Shown: positions 8,109 to 17,931 of the stretch, in pieces
Position numbering within the stretch: the stretch's first letter is position 1
Layout: each line of letters begins with the position of its first letter
Source of the DNA: an uncultured Candidatus Binatia bacterium
Lineage (GTDB): Bacteria; Desulfobacterota; Binatia; Bin18
Assembly (NCBI GenBank): GCA_965203745.1
Contig: CBDBDK010000002.1
Coordinates: 194,904-258,903, forward strand
Direction: 5' to 3'
DNA: 64,000 nt
Made by a program: the position numbers and the translations under genes
The notes under the pieces: generated by a model
What the model was told of the DNA's origin: nothing
The model's input: only the letters and a program-made list of their open reading frames with translations
Databases searched by the model: none

Positions 8109-9947
8109 ATGAGAAAGGCAGGACGGATGGCAGCGCAGACACACAGCCGAGAGGGGCAGCAGACCACGCTTGACCCGACCTTACTGGCCGTGCTGGCCAA
8201 TCGATTTGAGGCGATTGTGCGCGAGATGACCCAAACCCTGCTCCGGGCCGGTCGCTCAGCCACGATCAGTATTGCGCGTGATTTTTCGTGCTCAATCACA
8301 ACCAGTGCGACTGGCCAGCACGAGCTCCTGGCCGCGGCAGAAGGTTTGCCGGCTCATATCTACGGCTCTCATCTTCAGGCCCAGGCCATGTGTGAGCTGC
8401 ATCCCGATCTGGCCGAGGGCGATGCCTTTTTGCATAACGACCCATACTTAGGGAACTCCCATCCCGCAGATCACACCATCCTCGTGCCGGTTTTCTGCGA
8501 GGGGCAGCATCTGTTCACGGCGATTGCCAAGGCCCACCTGTCCGATATCGGCAATGCCTTGCCCACCTCGTATATGCCGGCGGCGCGCGACGTCTATGAA
8601 GAGGGGGCGTTGCTCTTCCCCTGCGTCTGCGTGCAACGCGCCTACGCAGATGTCGAAGACATTATCCGCTTGTGTCGTCGGCGCATCCGCGTTCCCGAGC
8701 AGTGGTATGGGGACTATCTGGCGATGGTCGGCGCGGCCCGGGTTGGTGAACGGAAGATTCAGGACTTGGTCGCAAAGTACGGATCCGAGACGATCAAGAC
8801 CTTCGTGCACGAGTGGCTGGATTATTCGGAACGGCGCATGATCCACGCCATCAGGCAGTTGCCAGGTGGCGACGTAACCGGGACTGGTCGGCACGATCCG
8901 TTTCCAGGCCTGCCCGATGGTCTCCCGCTCAAGGTCGAAATTGCGATCGATACGCAGGCGGGTCGGATTGCAGTGGATCTCCGCGACAATCCGGACAACG
9001 TTGCCGGCGGGGCAAACTCGTCGGAGGCGTGTTCGATATCGAGCGTCATGCAAGGCATCTTTAGCGCGTTGGACCCTGACGTGCCCCACAATGCCGGCAG
9101 CTTCCGGCGTATCCACGTCAAGCTCCGGGAAGGGTGTGTGGTCGGTATTCCGCGCTTTCCGCATTCGTGTTCCCTCGCGACCACGAATCCGGCCAACCGG
9201 CTGGTGGTCATCACCCAGTCGGCCTTTGCCGAACTCGGTGATGGCTGGGGCACGGCGGAAGGCGGGGTTGCCCAAAACGCGGGCTATGCCGTGATCTCGG
9301 GTACGGACACGCGGCGTAACGGTGCCGCCTACGTCAACCAGCTCATCCTTGGGGGCAATGGCGGGCCGGCGTCTCCTGGGTGCGACGGCTGGGTGACCTA
9401 CGGGATCGCCGTCATCTCGGGCCTCTTGTACCGGGACAGCGTTGAGATTGACGAACAGAAGTACCCGTTGTTCGTCAAGTCTGAAAAATTAGCCCAGGAC
9501 AGTGGTGGACCGGGACGGTTTCGGGGCGCACCTGCGATTGAAGCGGAATACGGCCCGAAAGGCGATCCAGTGACATTGACCTTTCCTATGGAAGGCTACG
9601 AGACGCCGGCCAAAGGTGCGCGGGGCGGTCAGGCTGGCAGTAAGGCCTGGGCAATCAAGATCGACCGGGACGGGAGCGAGATACCGTTGCCAAACATCTT
9701 TACTGGAGACCTGCTGCCTGGCGAGTTCATACGCTACCGGGACTGTGGCGGCGGCGGTTATGGTCCGCCGACCGAGCGCAATCCGGAAGATGTGCGTCGT
9801 GACGTCCTTGAACGCTGGGTGTCGGTCGAGCAGGCTCGCGTCGCGTATGGCGTTGTCCTGACCGGGAGTATCGAGGACGAAACGCTCGCTGTTGACCAAG
9901 AGGCCACGCGGGAGCTGCGCGAGCAGCTCGGCAAGGAACGGGAGTAG
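8109..9947 (+). CDS. hydantoinase B/oxoprolinase family subunit (HyuB-like)
   Basis: 612 aa. Hydantoinase_B-type sequence (DPTLLAVLANRFEAIVREM ... NDPYLGNSHPADHTIL). Translationally adjacent to the preceding hyuA-like gene. Confidence 0.85.
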   Translation: MRKAGRMAAQTHSREGQQTTLDPTLLAVLANRFEAIVREMTQTLLRAGRSATISIARDFSCSITTSATGQHELLAAAEGLPAHIYGSHLQAQAMCELHPDLAEGDAFLHNDPYLGNSHPADHTILVPVFCEGQHLFTAIAKAHLSDIGNALPTSYMPAARDVYEEGALLFPCVCVQRAYADVEDIIRLCRRRIRVPEQWYGDYLAMVGAARVGERKIQDLVAKYGSETIKTFVHEWLDYSERRMIHAIRQLPGGDVTGTGRHDPFPGLPDGLPLKVEIAIDTQAGRIAVDLRDNPDNVAGGANSSEACSISSVMQGIFSALDPDVPHNAGSFRRIHVKLREGCVVGIPRFPHSCSLATTNPANRLVVITQSAFAELGDGWGTAEGGVAQNAGYAVISGTDTRRNGAAYVNQLILGGNGGPASPGCDGWVTYGIAVISGLLYRDSVEIDEQKYPLFVKSEKLAQDSGGPGRFRGAPAIEAEYGPKGDPVTLTFPMEGYETPAKGARGGQAGSKAWAIKIDRDGSEIPLPNIFTGDLLPGEFIRYRDCGGGGYGPPTERNPEDVRRDVLERWVSVEQARVAYGVVLTGSIEDETLAVDQEATRELREQLGKERE

Positions 9948-10024
9948 GGAAACAAGATCAGGGGTGTCAACTCCACGCTGAGCGATCCTCACCCGCGTCC
10001 GCCGATGAACCAGGGAGGGAAACC

Positions 10025-10429
10025 ATGAGTACAAAGAAAAGCCTGAGCACCTCGTTCTGGTCACGGCCAGGCAAGTTTGGGCCTTGGGCGCAAGCGACCC
10101 GGGTGCCGGCGGGGCACGACCTTGTTTTTACCACAGGCATGACTGCGCGAGACGAAAACGGGAACACGGTCGCCCCCGGCGATGTGAAGGCGCAGACACG
10201 GCGCATCTTTGAGCAGATGCGAGCCATCTTTGCCGAGGCCGGTGCGAGCTTGAACGACGTTGTCAAAATGACGGTCTATATTCAAGACATGGACGATGTG
10301 TTGGCCATTCAAGAAGTCCGGGATGAGTATTGGCCGAGTGAGCCGCCGGTCTCGGCCACGGTCCAAGTGGCCCGGCTTGTCTCGGAGGAGGTCCGGATCG
10401 AAGTTGAGGCAATGGCTGTCGTACCCTAG
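10025..10429 (+). CDS. RidA family protein (YjgF/L-PSP)
   Basis: 134 aa with RidA signature (KMTVYIQDMDDVLAI ... RIEVEAMAVV). Confidence 0.8.
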   Translation: MSTKKSLSTSFWSRPGKFGPWAQATRVPAGHDLVFTTGMTARDENGNTVAPGDVKAQTRRIFEQMRAIFAEAGASLNDVVKMTVYIQDMDDVLAIQEVRDEYWPSEPPVSATVQVARLVSEEVRIEVEAMAVVP

Positions 10430-10502
10430 GGGAGGTATATAAGGCCTCATAAGGTTTTTGTATTTCTTTGTATTTCAGCTAAGAATTATCCGAGACGCAC
10501 TT

Positions 10503-12569
10503 ATGGGCTATCGCATTGGAATTGACGTTGGCGGGACTTTTACCGATTTTGTTGCGGTCAATACGGACCAGCAGATGTATAGCGGGAAGACGCCGACGAT
10601 TGCCGCCGATGAAGCGGCCAGCGTCTTTGGCGGGCTGGAGCAGATTGCGGCCCACTTTGGCGTCTCTCTTCAGACGCTCCTGGCCGAAACTGATCCCATC
10701 GTCCTCGGCACGACCGTTGTGACGAACACCATGCTGGAGTTTGCCGGTGCAAATATCGGCCTGATCACAACCAAGGGGTTTCGAGACGTCATCGAGCTGC
10801 GCCGTGGGTATAAAGAGAGTCTGTTCGATATCCGACTGCCCCCGCCCCATCCCATTGTTGAGCGCGGGAAACGACTGGGTGTAACCGAGCGGATTGATGC
10901 CAGCGGCCGGATTGTCACACCGCTGGACGAGACGGAGGTGCATACCGCGCTGGAGCACCTGCGTGGTGTTGGGGTAGAGGCCATTGCCGTGTGTCTGCTG
11001 TTCAGCTTTGTGAACCCTGTTCACGAGCGACGCGTGCGCGACATTATCCAGGAGATCGATCCGGACCTGTTCGTCAGCCTGTCCTCGGATGTCCTGCCCC
11101 AGGTGCGAGAGTTCGAACGGGTCAGCACCACAGTCGTGAACGCCTATACCAGCCCGAAGCTGCGGGCCTACCTGGAACAGCTGTCCGCCAGGCTCGAAGC
11201 CCAGGGGTTCCGGGGTGGACTCTTCCTGATGCAGTCCAACGGTGGGATGATGGACATCGGATTTGCGCGTGAGCACGGTGTGGATGCCGTCTTGTCCGGT
11301 CCCTCGGGCGGCGTGGTGGCGGCGACATTCCTGGGCGAGCAGTCCGGTTACAAGAATATCATCACGGCCGATATGGGCGGCACGAGTTACGACGTCTGTC
11401 TGATTAAGGATTCCACTCCGGAGGTTGGGGTGGATAACTGGATCAGCCGGTATCGGGTCGCCGTTCCGCTAATTGATATTCATACCATTGGGGCTGGCGG
11501 CGGCTCGATCGCCTGGCTCGACGACGCCGGGGCACTCCGGGTCGGACCGCGCTCGGCCGGCGCTCAGCCTGGGCCGGCCTGCTACGACCGGGGCGGAACC
11601 GAACCCACGGTAACGGACGCCGATCTTGTCCTGGGCTATCTCGACGCGGGCTCTTTTCTGGATGGACACATGGCGCTGGATCGCCAGGCCGCCCACCGGG
11701 CCATCCACCAGCATATTGCCGAGCCCATGAATATCAGTGTGGAAGAGGCGGCCAGCGGGATTTTTGACATTGCCAACAACAGCATGATTAACGCCATCCG
11801 CTACGTGTCGGTCGCCCGGGGGCGGGACCCACGGGATTTCGCGCTGTTGGCCTTTGGGGGAGCTGGTCCGGTCCACGCGGGCACGCAGGTCCGCGACCTT
11901 GGCATCCGCACCATTCTGGTCCCGAAAAACGCCTCGGTCCTGTCCGCGCTGGGGAATTTAATCGCCAACTTCAAGGTCTCCAAAGTGCAATCGTTTATCG
12001 CCAAGTCCGACCGTGTTGACCTGGAGGAGCTGAACGGCGTGCTGGCGCGTCTGCACCAGGAGGCCGAGGTGCTTTTAGGCGACCGTTCCCGCATCCGTGA
12101 GGTGCTGGTCCGGCGTTTCCTCGATATTCGCTACGAGGGTCAGGTCCAGGAAGTGATCGTGCCCATCCAGGCGCGGACGCGTCGTCTGAGCGAGGTCAGT
12201 CTGGCGCAAACCCTGGAGGAGTTCCACGAACTGCACGAGCAGATCTATAAATTTCAGCGGCCCGAGCAGTCGGTGGAGATCGTCAGCGTACGCCTGGACA
12301 TGATCGGGGTGCGGGCGCCGCTGCATTTTGAAAGCCATCCGTTTGAGGACGAGGATGCCGGCCATGCGCGCAAAGGCCGCCGCCCGGTATACTTCGAGCC
12401 GCACGGCTTTGTGGACACCGATATTTATGCGGGTGAGCGGGTCCGGCCCGGCAACCTGATCACCGGCCCGGCGATTATTGAGGAAGCAAACACGAGTGTG
12501 GTCCTTTATCCGAACCAAGAGGCCATGCTCGATCAGTTCCTGACCTATGTTATCCAGGTCGCCAAATAA
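10503..12569 (+). CDS. hydantoinase/oxoprolinase A-family subunit (second HyuA paralog)
   Basis: MGYRIGIDVGGTFTDFVAV at the ATG at 10503. The ORF track's 10458 start adds a non-conserved leader. Confidence 0.85.
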   Translation: MGYRIGIDVGGTFTDFVAVNTDQQMYSGKTPTIAADEAASVFGGLEQIAAHFGVSLQTLLAETDPIVLGTTVVTNTMLEFAGANIGLITTKGFRDVIELRRGYKESLFDIRLPPPHPIVERGKRLGVTERIDASGRIVTPLDETEVHTALEHLRGVGVEAIAVCLLFSFVNPVHERRVRDIIQEIDPDLFVSLSSDVLPQVREFERVSTTVVNAYTSPKLRAYLEQLSARLEAQGFRGGLFLMQSNGGMMDIGFAREHGVDAVLSGPSGGVVAATFLGEQSGYKNIITADMGGTSYDVCLIKDSTPEVGVDNWISRYRVAVPLIDIHTIGAGGGSIAWLDDAGALRVGPRSAGAQPGPACYDRGGTEPTVTDADLVLGYLDAGSFLDGHMALDRQAAHRAIHQHIAEPMNISVEEAASGIFDIANNSMINAIRYVSVARGRDPRDFALLAFGGAGPVHAGTQVRDLGIRTILVPKNASVLSALGNLIANFKVSKVQSFIAKSDRVDLEELNGVLARLHQEAEVLLGDRSRIREVLVRRFLDIRYEGQVQEVIVPIQARTRRLSEVSLAQTLEEFHELHEQIYKFQRPEQSVEIVSVRLDMIGVRAPLHFESHPFEDEDAGHARKGRRPVYFEPHGFVDTDIYAGERVRPGNLITGPAIIEEANTSVVLYPNQEAMLDQFLTYVIQVAK

Positions 12570-12574
12570 GCCCT

Positions 12575-14143
12575 ATGGACCAGAGATCGAAATTAAGCCC
12601 CGTCAAACGCGAAATCCTGCGTCATAATCTGCGGGCGATTGTGGACGACATGAGCATCGCCCTGGAGCATAACAGTCCGTCCGAGACGGTCAGTGAAGCC
12701 CGCGACTACGCCGTGGCCTTCACCAACGCGAGGGGTGAGGTGGTGGTTGCCGAAAACCCGTTTCATACTCCCTCCCTGGCGCTCACCGCGCAGGCTATTC
12801 TCGATTATTACGAGTTCAATCTGCGGGCCGGCGATCTGGTCGTGACCAACGATCCGTATCGGGGCGGGACGCAGACCCAGGATCTGACGGTCTTTGCGCC
12901 GGTCTATGCCACCGAGGAACTGGTGGGCTGTCTCCTCGTCCGGGTCCATATGCCGGACTTCGGCGGTCAGATTGTGGGCGGCTATAATCCGCCGGCCTTG
13001 GAAGTCTGGGCCGAAGGCGTGCGTATTATTCCGATCAAACTTGCCCGCTTTGGCCGGCTGGACAGAGACGTCCACCAGACCGTTCTGCTCAACAGCCGGG
13101 TGCCGGACCAGACCAGGAGCTTGCTGGACGCCATGCTGGCCACCCTTGAACTGGGACAGGAGCGCGTCCAGCGCATGCTGGCCCGGTACGGCTTCGAGCC
13201 TTTTGTCGAAGGGTTGGCATACGCCCTGGACTATTCGGAAGCAGCGACCCGGACGCGGCTCGGCAGTTGGTCGCCGGGTGTTTTTCACGGTCAGGCCACG
13301 TTGGGCCATGACTGTGCCGAGGGCTCGCCGGTTGTCCGCTGTCAACTGGAAGTGGGCGATGGACAGATGACACTCGATCTTTCCGACTCGGATGTCCAAA
13401 GCCCTTCGTTTATGAATAGTGCCTGGGGTGCGAGCTGTGGAAGTGCCCTGCTGCCGGTGATCAGTCTGCTGGGGGACGATCTGCCCATGAATTCCGGGGT
13501 CCTGCGCGTCGTGCGATTCCAGGCCCAAGAAGGCTCGCTCGTTCGACCGGCGTACCCCGCGGCAGTCGGCTGGGGCCAGACTCACCCCGGCAGCGAGATC
13601 ATCAATGCGGTTTCAGCCGCGCTCAGCGCGTGTACGGATCAGCCTCTGCCCCGCATGCCTACTCAGGCGTTCGTGCGTTGCTGTTTTGCCAAGTATCGGA
13701 TTTTTTCGCTTGATTCTCTCATCTATCCTGGGGCGGCGAGTGTGGACGGGGTAAACGGCTGGGGTCCACCCGGTTATTTGGCCCGGCGCAAGCTGCCGTC
13801 GGTCGAAAAATGCGAGATCGCGTTTCCTGAAATATCCATCGAACGTTTGGAAATCGTTGCTGATGGGCGAGGGGCTGGAGACGGGTATGGCGCACCGGCT
13901 TCCGAAGTCAGGGTGGCGCTCCGTCAGCCGGCCTCGGTAACGGCCTGTCTCAACGGACCGCCCAATGAGACAGGTCCGGAGAGGCGTCCGGTCTTCAGTA
14001 TCCAGACGGAAGACGCGGAGCTATGCGTTGAGACCTTTTGTGCCGACCGGCGCCTTGCGAGCGGGGTGTTGACCTTGCGCACGGCCGGGGGTGGACCCAC
14101 CAGCCATGCGCAGGCGGAAGCCCAACACGAGGGGCGTCGCTAA
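12575..14143 (+). CDS. hydantoinase B/oxoprolinase family protein, short paralog (522 aa)
   Basis: Hydantoinase_B-like throughout (LVVTNDPYRGGTQTQDLTVFAPV). Shorter than the flanking HyuB paralogs. Confidence 0.75.
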   Translation: MDQRSKLSPVKREILRHNLRAIVDDMSIALEHNSPSETVSEARDYAVAFTNARGEVVVAENPFHTPSLALTAQAILDYYEFNLRAGDLVVTNDPYRGGTQTQDLTVFAPVYATEELVGCLLVRVHMPDFGGQIVGGYNPPALEVWAEGVRIIPIKLARFGRLDRDVHQTVLLNSRVPDQTRSLLDAMLATLELGQERVQRMLARYGFEPFVEGLAYALDYSEAATRTRLGSWSPGVFHGQATLGHDCAEGSPVVRCQLEVGDGQMTLDLSDSDVQSPSFMNSAWGASCGSALLPVISLLGDDLPMNSGVLRVVRFQAQEGSLVRPAYPAAVGWGQTHPGSEIINAVSAALSACTDQPLPRMPTQAFVRCCFAKYRIFSLDSLIYPGAASVDGVNGWGPPGYLARRKLPSVEKCEIAFPEISIERLEIVADGRGAGDGYGAPASEVRVALRQPASVTACLNGPPNETGPERRPVFSIQTEDAELCVETFCADRRLASGVLTLRTAGGGPTSHAQAEAQHEGRR

Positions 14144-14171
14144 TCGCAGACTGTAACCGACGAGGGAATAT

Positions 14172-15941
14172 GTGTCAGACAGGAGCAAGCTCATGATTAC
14201 CCCAATCACCGCAGAGATCATCCGGGAATATTTCGAGTCGGTTGCCGAAGAAATCATCAAGACCATGGTCAGGGCGTCGGTCTCGCCGATTTTCAATGAA
14301 GCCCATGATTGTTCGGCTGGCGTGTTTTCCTACGACGGCAAACAGGTCGGACTGGTGTCTCGGGGAGATGCTGTGCCGGTGCATATCTACGCCTGCCTGA
14401 CCTCGGTCGAAGCCTGTATCCGGTTCTTCCGTGGCGACTTAAACGACGGCGATGTGATCCTGGCCTGTGACCCGTTTTTCGGCGGGACCCATATCGGCGA
14501 CTACACCATCATCCTGCCCGTCTTCTGCAATAACAAACCCGTTTTCTTTGCCTCGGTGCGCGCCCATATGCTGGATGTCGGCGGCCCGGTGCCGGGTGGG
14601 CTTAATGCCGAGGCCGAGGAAGTCTGGCAGGAAGGCTTTCGCTTTCCTCCGGTCAAGGTGTTTGAAAAGGGCGAACGGCGGCGGGACGTCTGGGACCTGT
14701 TGAAGGCAAACAACCGCTTACCCGATATTGCCATCGCCGACATTAACGCCATGATCGGTGCCTGTAAAATAGGCGAGGAACGCATTCGGGCGGTGGTCGA
14801 TAAATACGGCCTAGCGACCGTTCAGGAGGGCGTCCAGTACACCTTCGACTACAGTGAGAAGAAGTTCCGCAATGCCATCGCCCAGTGGCCCAAAGGTGCC
14901 TATAGCGGTCGCAGCCTTTTGGATCAGGACTTTCGCGGCAACGAAAACATCAATGTGGATGTCTGCATTGAAGTGAAAGAGGGTGAAGTGGTCGTTGATT
15001 TCAGCGGCACCCACGCCCAAAGTCCAGGGGTTATTAACAGCGTCGTGGGGAATACCATTTCCTATGTATACGGCTGCTTTTCCGCGGTATGCCCGGAAGT
15101 GCCCATTAATTCGGGATTTTTCCGGCCAATTCGGGTCGTCCTGCCGGAGGGCTCGGTGGTGAACCCCAATTCGCCGGCCGCCGCCGGGTATGCCACCATC
15201 TGCATCGGCTGCACGATCGGGGAAGCGGTCATGCAGGCCTTGGGAAAAATTGTGCCCGAACGGGTCGGTACCACCAGCATAGACCTGAGCATGCTTTGGA
15301 CGCACGGCGAGGACCCCCGCACGAAGAATTTCTTCATCAGCTATGACTATCACGCCTCGCCCATCAGCTCCGGCGGGACGTATGGGGTCGATGGCTGGGG
15401 TGGCTGGTCGGCGCTGTTCTGCGCCCTCCAACTGGCTTCAGTCGAAATGACCGAGATCCAGTATCCTTTCCTGTATTTGGAAGGCGAGTACACCACGGAC
15501 TCGGCCGCGGCGGGCCAGTGGCGCGGCGCTCCGGCCTATAGCATGAAGCGCATGGCCTATCAGACCGACTCGCCCATCTATCTGAATATCTGGGTCCAGG
15601 GCGCCCGCCACACCCTGCAGGGCTACTGCGGGGGGCAGGACGGGGTGGGGAATTATGCGGTTGTCCACTATGACAGCGAACAGGCGCGGACCGTCACCGA
15701 CGTGGCGTTTCTTGAGCCCTCGGAGCGGGGAGATGTCCTGTTTTTTCAGAGCTGTGGTGGCGGCGGATGGGGTGACCCGCTCAAGCGCGACCCCGCCGCG
15801 GTTCTGGCTGATGTGGAAAACGACTACGTCTCGATTGAAGGGGCTGAGAGCGCTTACGGGGTCGTGATTGACCCGATCTCACATACTGTTGACGAAACCG
15901 CGACACAGCAGGTGCGTGCCGCACGAACCAATGGAAAATGA
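14172..15941 (+). CDS. hydantoinase B/oxoprolinase family subunit (third HyuB-like)
   Basis: 589 aa. ILACDPFFGGTHIGDYTIILPVF and other HyuB blocks. Confidence 0.85.
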   Translation: MSDRSKLMITPITAEIIREYFESVAEEIIKTMVRASVSPIFNEAHDCSAGVFSYDGKQVGLVSRGDAVPVHIYACLTSVEACIRFFRGDLNDGDVILACDPFFGGTHIGDYTIILPVFCNNKPVFFASVRAHMLDVGGPVPGGLNAEAEEVWQEGFRFPPVKVFEKGERRRDVWDLLKANNRLPDIAIADINAMIGACKIGEERIRAVVDKYGLATVQEGVQYTFDYSEKKFRNAIAQWPKGAYSGRSLLDQDFRGNENINVDVCIEVKEGEVVVDFSGTHAQSPGVINSVVGNTISYVYGCFSAVCPEVPINSGFFRPIRVVLPEGSVVNPNSPAAAGYATICIGCTIGEAVMQALGKIVPERVGTTSIDLSMLWTHGEDPRTKNFFISYDYHASPISSGGTYGVDGWGGWSALFCALQLASVEMTEIQYPFLYLEGEYTTDSAAAGQWRGAPAYSMKRMAYQTDSPIYLNIWVQGARHTLQGYCGGQDGVGNYAVVHYDSEQARTVTDVAFLEPSERGDVLFFQSCGGGGWGDPLKRDPAAVLADVENDYVSIEGAESAYGVVIDPISHTVDETATQQVRAARTNGK

Positions 15942-15968
15942 ACGCAGACGAACAGGAGGGCAGAGCCG

Positions 15969-16370
15969 ATGATTACGCCGCATATCATTGATCCGGGTTG
16001 GAAATGGGACGAAAGTTTTCCGCTCTCACAAGGGTTGAAGATCGGCAACCTCTTGTTTCTCTCGGGCCAGGTCGCGGTCGATTCCGACGGTCAAGTCGTT
16101 GGCAAGGGCGACTTGGGAGCACAGACGCGGCAAGTCTTTGAGAATATGAAAACGGTCTTGGAGCAGGCGGGTGCGAGCTTCGATAACGTGGTGAAAATGA
16201 CGAGCTATTTCACCACCGATATTCAGAACTACGAGGAGTATTTCGCAGTCCGGCGGGAATACTTCACCAAGTTCAACCCGGCCAGTACCGGTGTCCAGGT
16301 CGCCGCCCTGGCGTTTGAGGACCTCCTGCTGGAGGTCGAGGCCATCGCCTATTTGCCGGATGAGGCGTGA
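15969..16370 (+). CDS. RidA family protein
   Basis: 133 aa. KMTSYFTTDIQNYEEY ... LLEVEAIAYL. Confidence 0.8.
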   Translation: MITPHIIDPGWKWDESFPLSQGLKIGNLLFLSGQVAVDSDGQVVGKGDLGAQTRQVFENMKTVLEQAGASFDNVVKMTSYFTTDIQNYEEYFAVRREYFTKFNPASTGVQVAALAFEDLLLEVEAIAYLPDEA

Positions 16371-16554
16371 CTCCGGCGGGGTGGCTGGGTGCGTGTAAGC
16401 GATTATGTCAGACACCTTTGGCGGTACCGGCTGGCTTCGACGCCGAACGGCCTATTTTGAATTTTTTAGCGGCCTAATTCGGCCAGTACCCTTTTGGCTC
16501 ATGCTGCTGCACTGAGCAATTGAAATATATGTATATTATGCATATGCTGGCGGA

Positions 16555-16827
16555 GTGGGGATCACCTTTGACCCGAAGAAAAATTTACTCAACCTCCGCC
16601 GCCATGGGGTGTCGCTGACAGAGGGTGACGGTGTCCTGAATGACCCCTTAGCACTCACGATTGAAGATGATGCCGCTGAGGGAGAACAGAGATTTGTCTC
16701 CATAGGTATGAATACCTTTGGACGTTTGATGGTCATCGTGTACACACACAGGGGCGAAGACTTCCGCCTCATTTCCGCGCGGCGCGCAGAACCAAAAGAG
16801 AGGCGAGCCTATGAAGAAGGAATATGA
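16555..16827 (+). CDS. brnT: BrnT family ribonuclease toxin (DUF497)
   Basis: 90 aa. ITFDPKKNLLNLRRHGVSLTEG ... RLISARRAEPKERRAYEE matches the BrnT consensus. GTG start. Overlaps the downstream antitoxin gene by 17 nt. Confidence 0.7.
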   Translation: MGITFDPKKNLLNLRRHGVSLTEGDGVLNDPLALTIEDDAAEGEQRFVSIGMNTFGRLMVIVYTHRGEDFRLISARRAEPKERRAYEEGI

Positions 16828-17062
16828 CTTTTCAAAGGCCAAACGTGGGGCGGTAGAGCCTACGACGAGTAAGACCCGCATTACGCTCTATCTGGACAAC
16901 GATATCCTCGACCACTTTCGTACGAGGTCGGAGCAGACAGGCCGAGGCTATCAAACGCTCATCAATGAAGTCCTTAAGAGGCAGGTTGGTCTCACCGAAC
17001 AAGCTTTGACACCGGAAGCAGTACGGCGCATCGTGCGTGAGGAGTTAGCCTTACAGGGCTGA
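16811..17062 (+). CDS. brnA: BrnA antitoxin (RHH-like)
   Basis: 83 aa. KKEYDFSKAKRG ... ITLYLDNDILDHFRTRSEQTGRGYQTLINEVLK matches BrnA. Toxin-first gene order is typical of BrnTA. Confidence 0.7.
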   Translation: MKKEYDFSKAKRGAVEPTTSKTRITLYLDNDILDHFRTRSEQTGRGYQTLINEVLKRQVGLTEQALTPEAVRRIVREELALQG

Positions 17063-17067
17063 AAAGC

Positions 17068-17859
17068 TCACCCCGGCAAGACCAACTCCTGATACAACCC
17101 CTGCGCGCCCATCTCGACCTCGACCTCGGTGACCGGCGGACGGGCGTAGTGCCAGCGCAGGCCGTGATGCCCCCCGCTTGCCAGACCCGGCAGAATCTCC
17201 GTTTCCAGTAGCGGATACGCATTGTGAACGGTGTACAGCTCGACGGCCGTCACATCGGTCCAGGCGAGGCTGAACTCCTGTAAGCGGTCCGCTAGGACCT
17301 CAAGAACCGCCTGCGTCTTTTGGCTGAGGCCCTGCGGCGATACGTCTCCGCGGCTGACGATTTCAGTTCCTTTTTCGGACCGCTGGATTTCAGCCGCCCC
17401 GGACAGCATAAAGCTGGGACGATCATGGTCCGTGGGCACGGTGTAGGAAAACCCGTAGAGCGAGGGTACGGCAACCGGGTGGACGGCCAGCGCCACATTG
17501 GTCCGCGCCGTCGGGTTGAGGCCATCAACCAGGACGCCCCAGTCCGCAATCCGCTGGACGTAGGGTTCGTTGAACTCGGCAAACCCCTGGGGCGACAGCG
17601 GTTGCGGGATGCGCAGCTCCATGCCGCACAGGGCCTGGATGGGCCGGCCGAGTTGCTGGAGATGACGCGCGATCAGCTCGTAGCCTTTTTCCAGCGCGGG
17701 CAGCGGATGAAAAGTGGCGTGCACCATCTCATAGCCGGGTTGGGCCCGGCAGCCGGAAGAAAAAGGGCCGCTGCTTTTGATGAAGGTGAAATTGCCGTCG
17801 GGCTGATCGATGAGCATGGGAAGTCCTTTAGTGAAGAAGATTTGCCCGATCAGTAGCAC
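17068..17859 (-). CDS. hypothetical protein
   Basis: 263-aa ORF with coherent codon usage. No confident family. Weak resemblance to tandem RidA/chorismate-mutase-like folds. Confidence 0.4.
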   Translation of the reverse strand: MLLIGQIFFTKGLPMLIDQPDGNFTFIKSSGPFSSGCRAQPGYEMVHATFHPLPALEKGYELIARHLQQLGRPIQALCGMELRIPQPLSPQGFAEFNEPYVQRIADWGVLVDGLNPTARTNVALAVHPVAVPSLYGFSYTVPTDHDRPSFMLSGAAEIQRSEKGTEIVSRGDVSPQGLSQKTQAVLEVLADRLQEFSLAWTDVTAVELYTVHNAYPLLETEILPGLASGGHHGLRWHYARPPVTEVEVEMGAQGLYQELVLPG

Positions 17860-17931
17860 TCTTCCTCCCCCATAGGCAACATGTGGCTGGGTCTCTGAGA
17901 GTGATACGCTCGAATCGATATTGACAGACTA

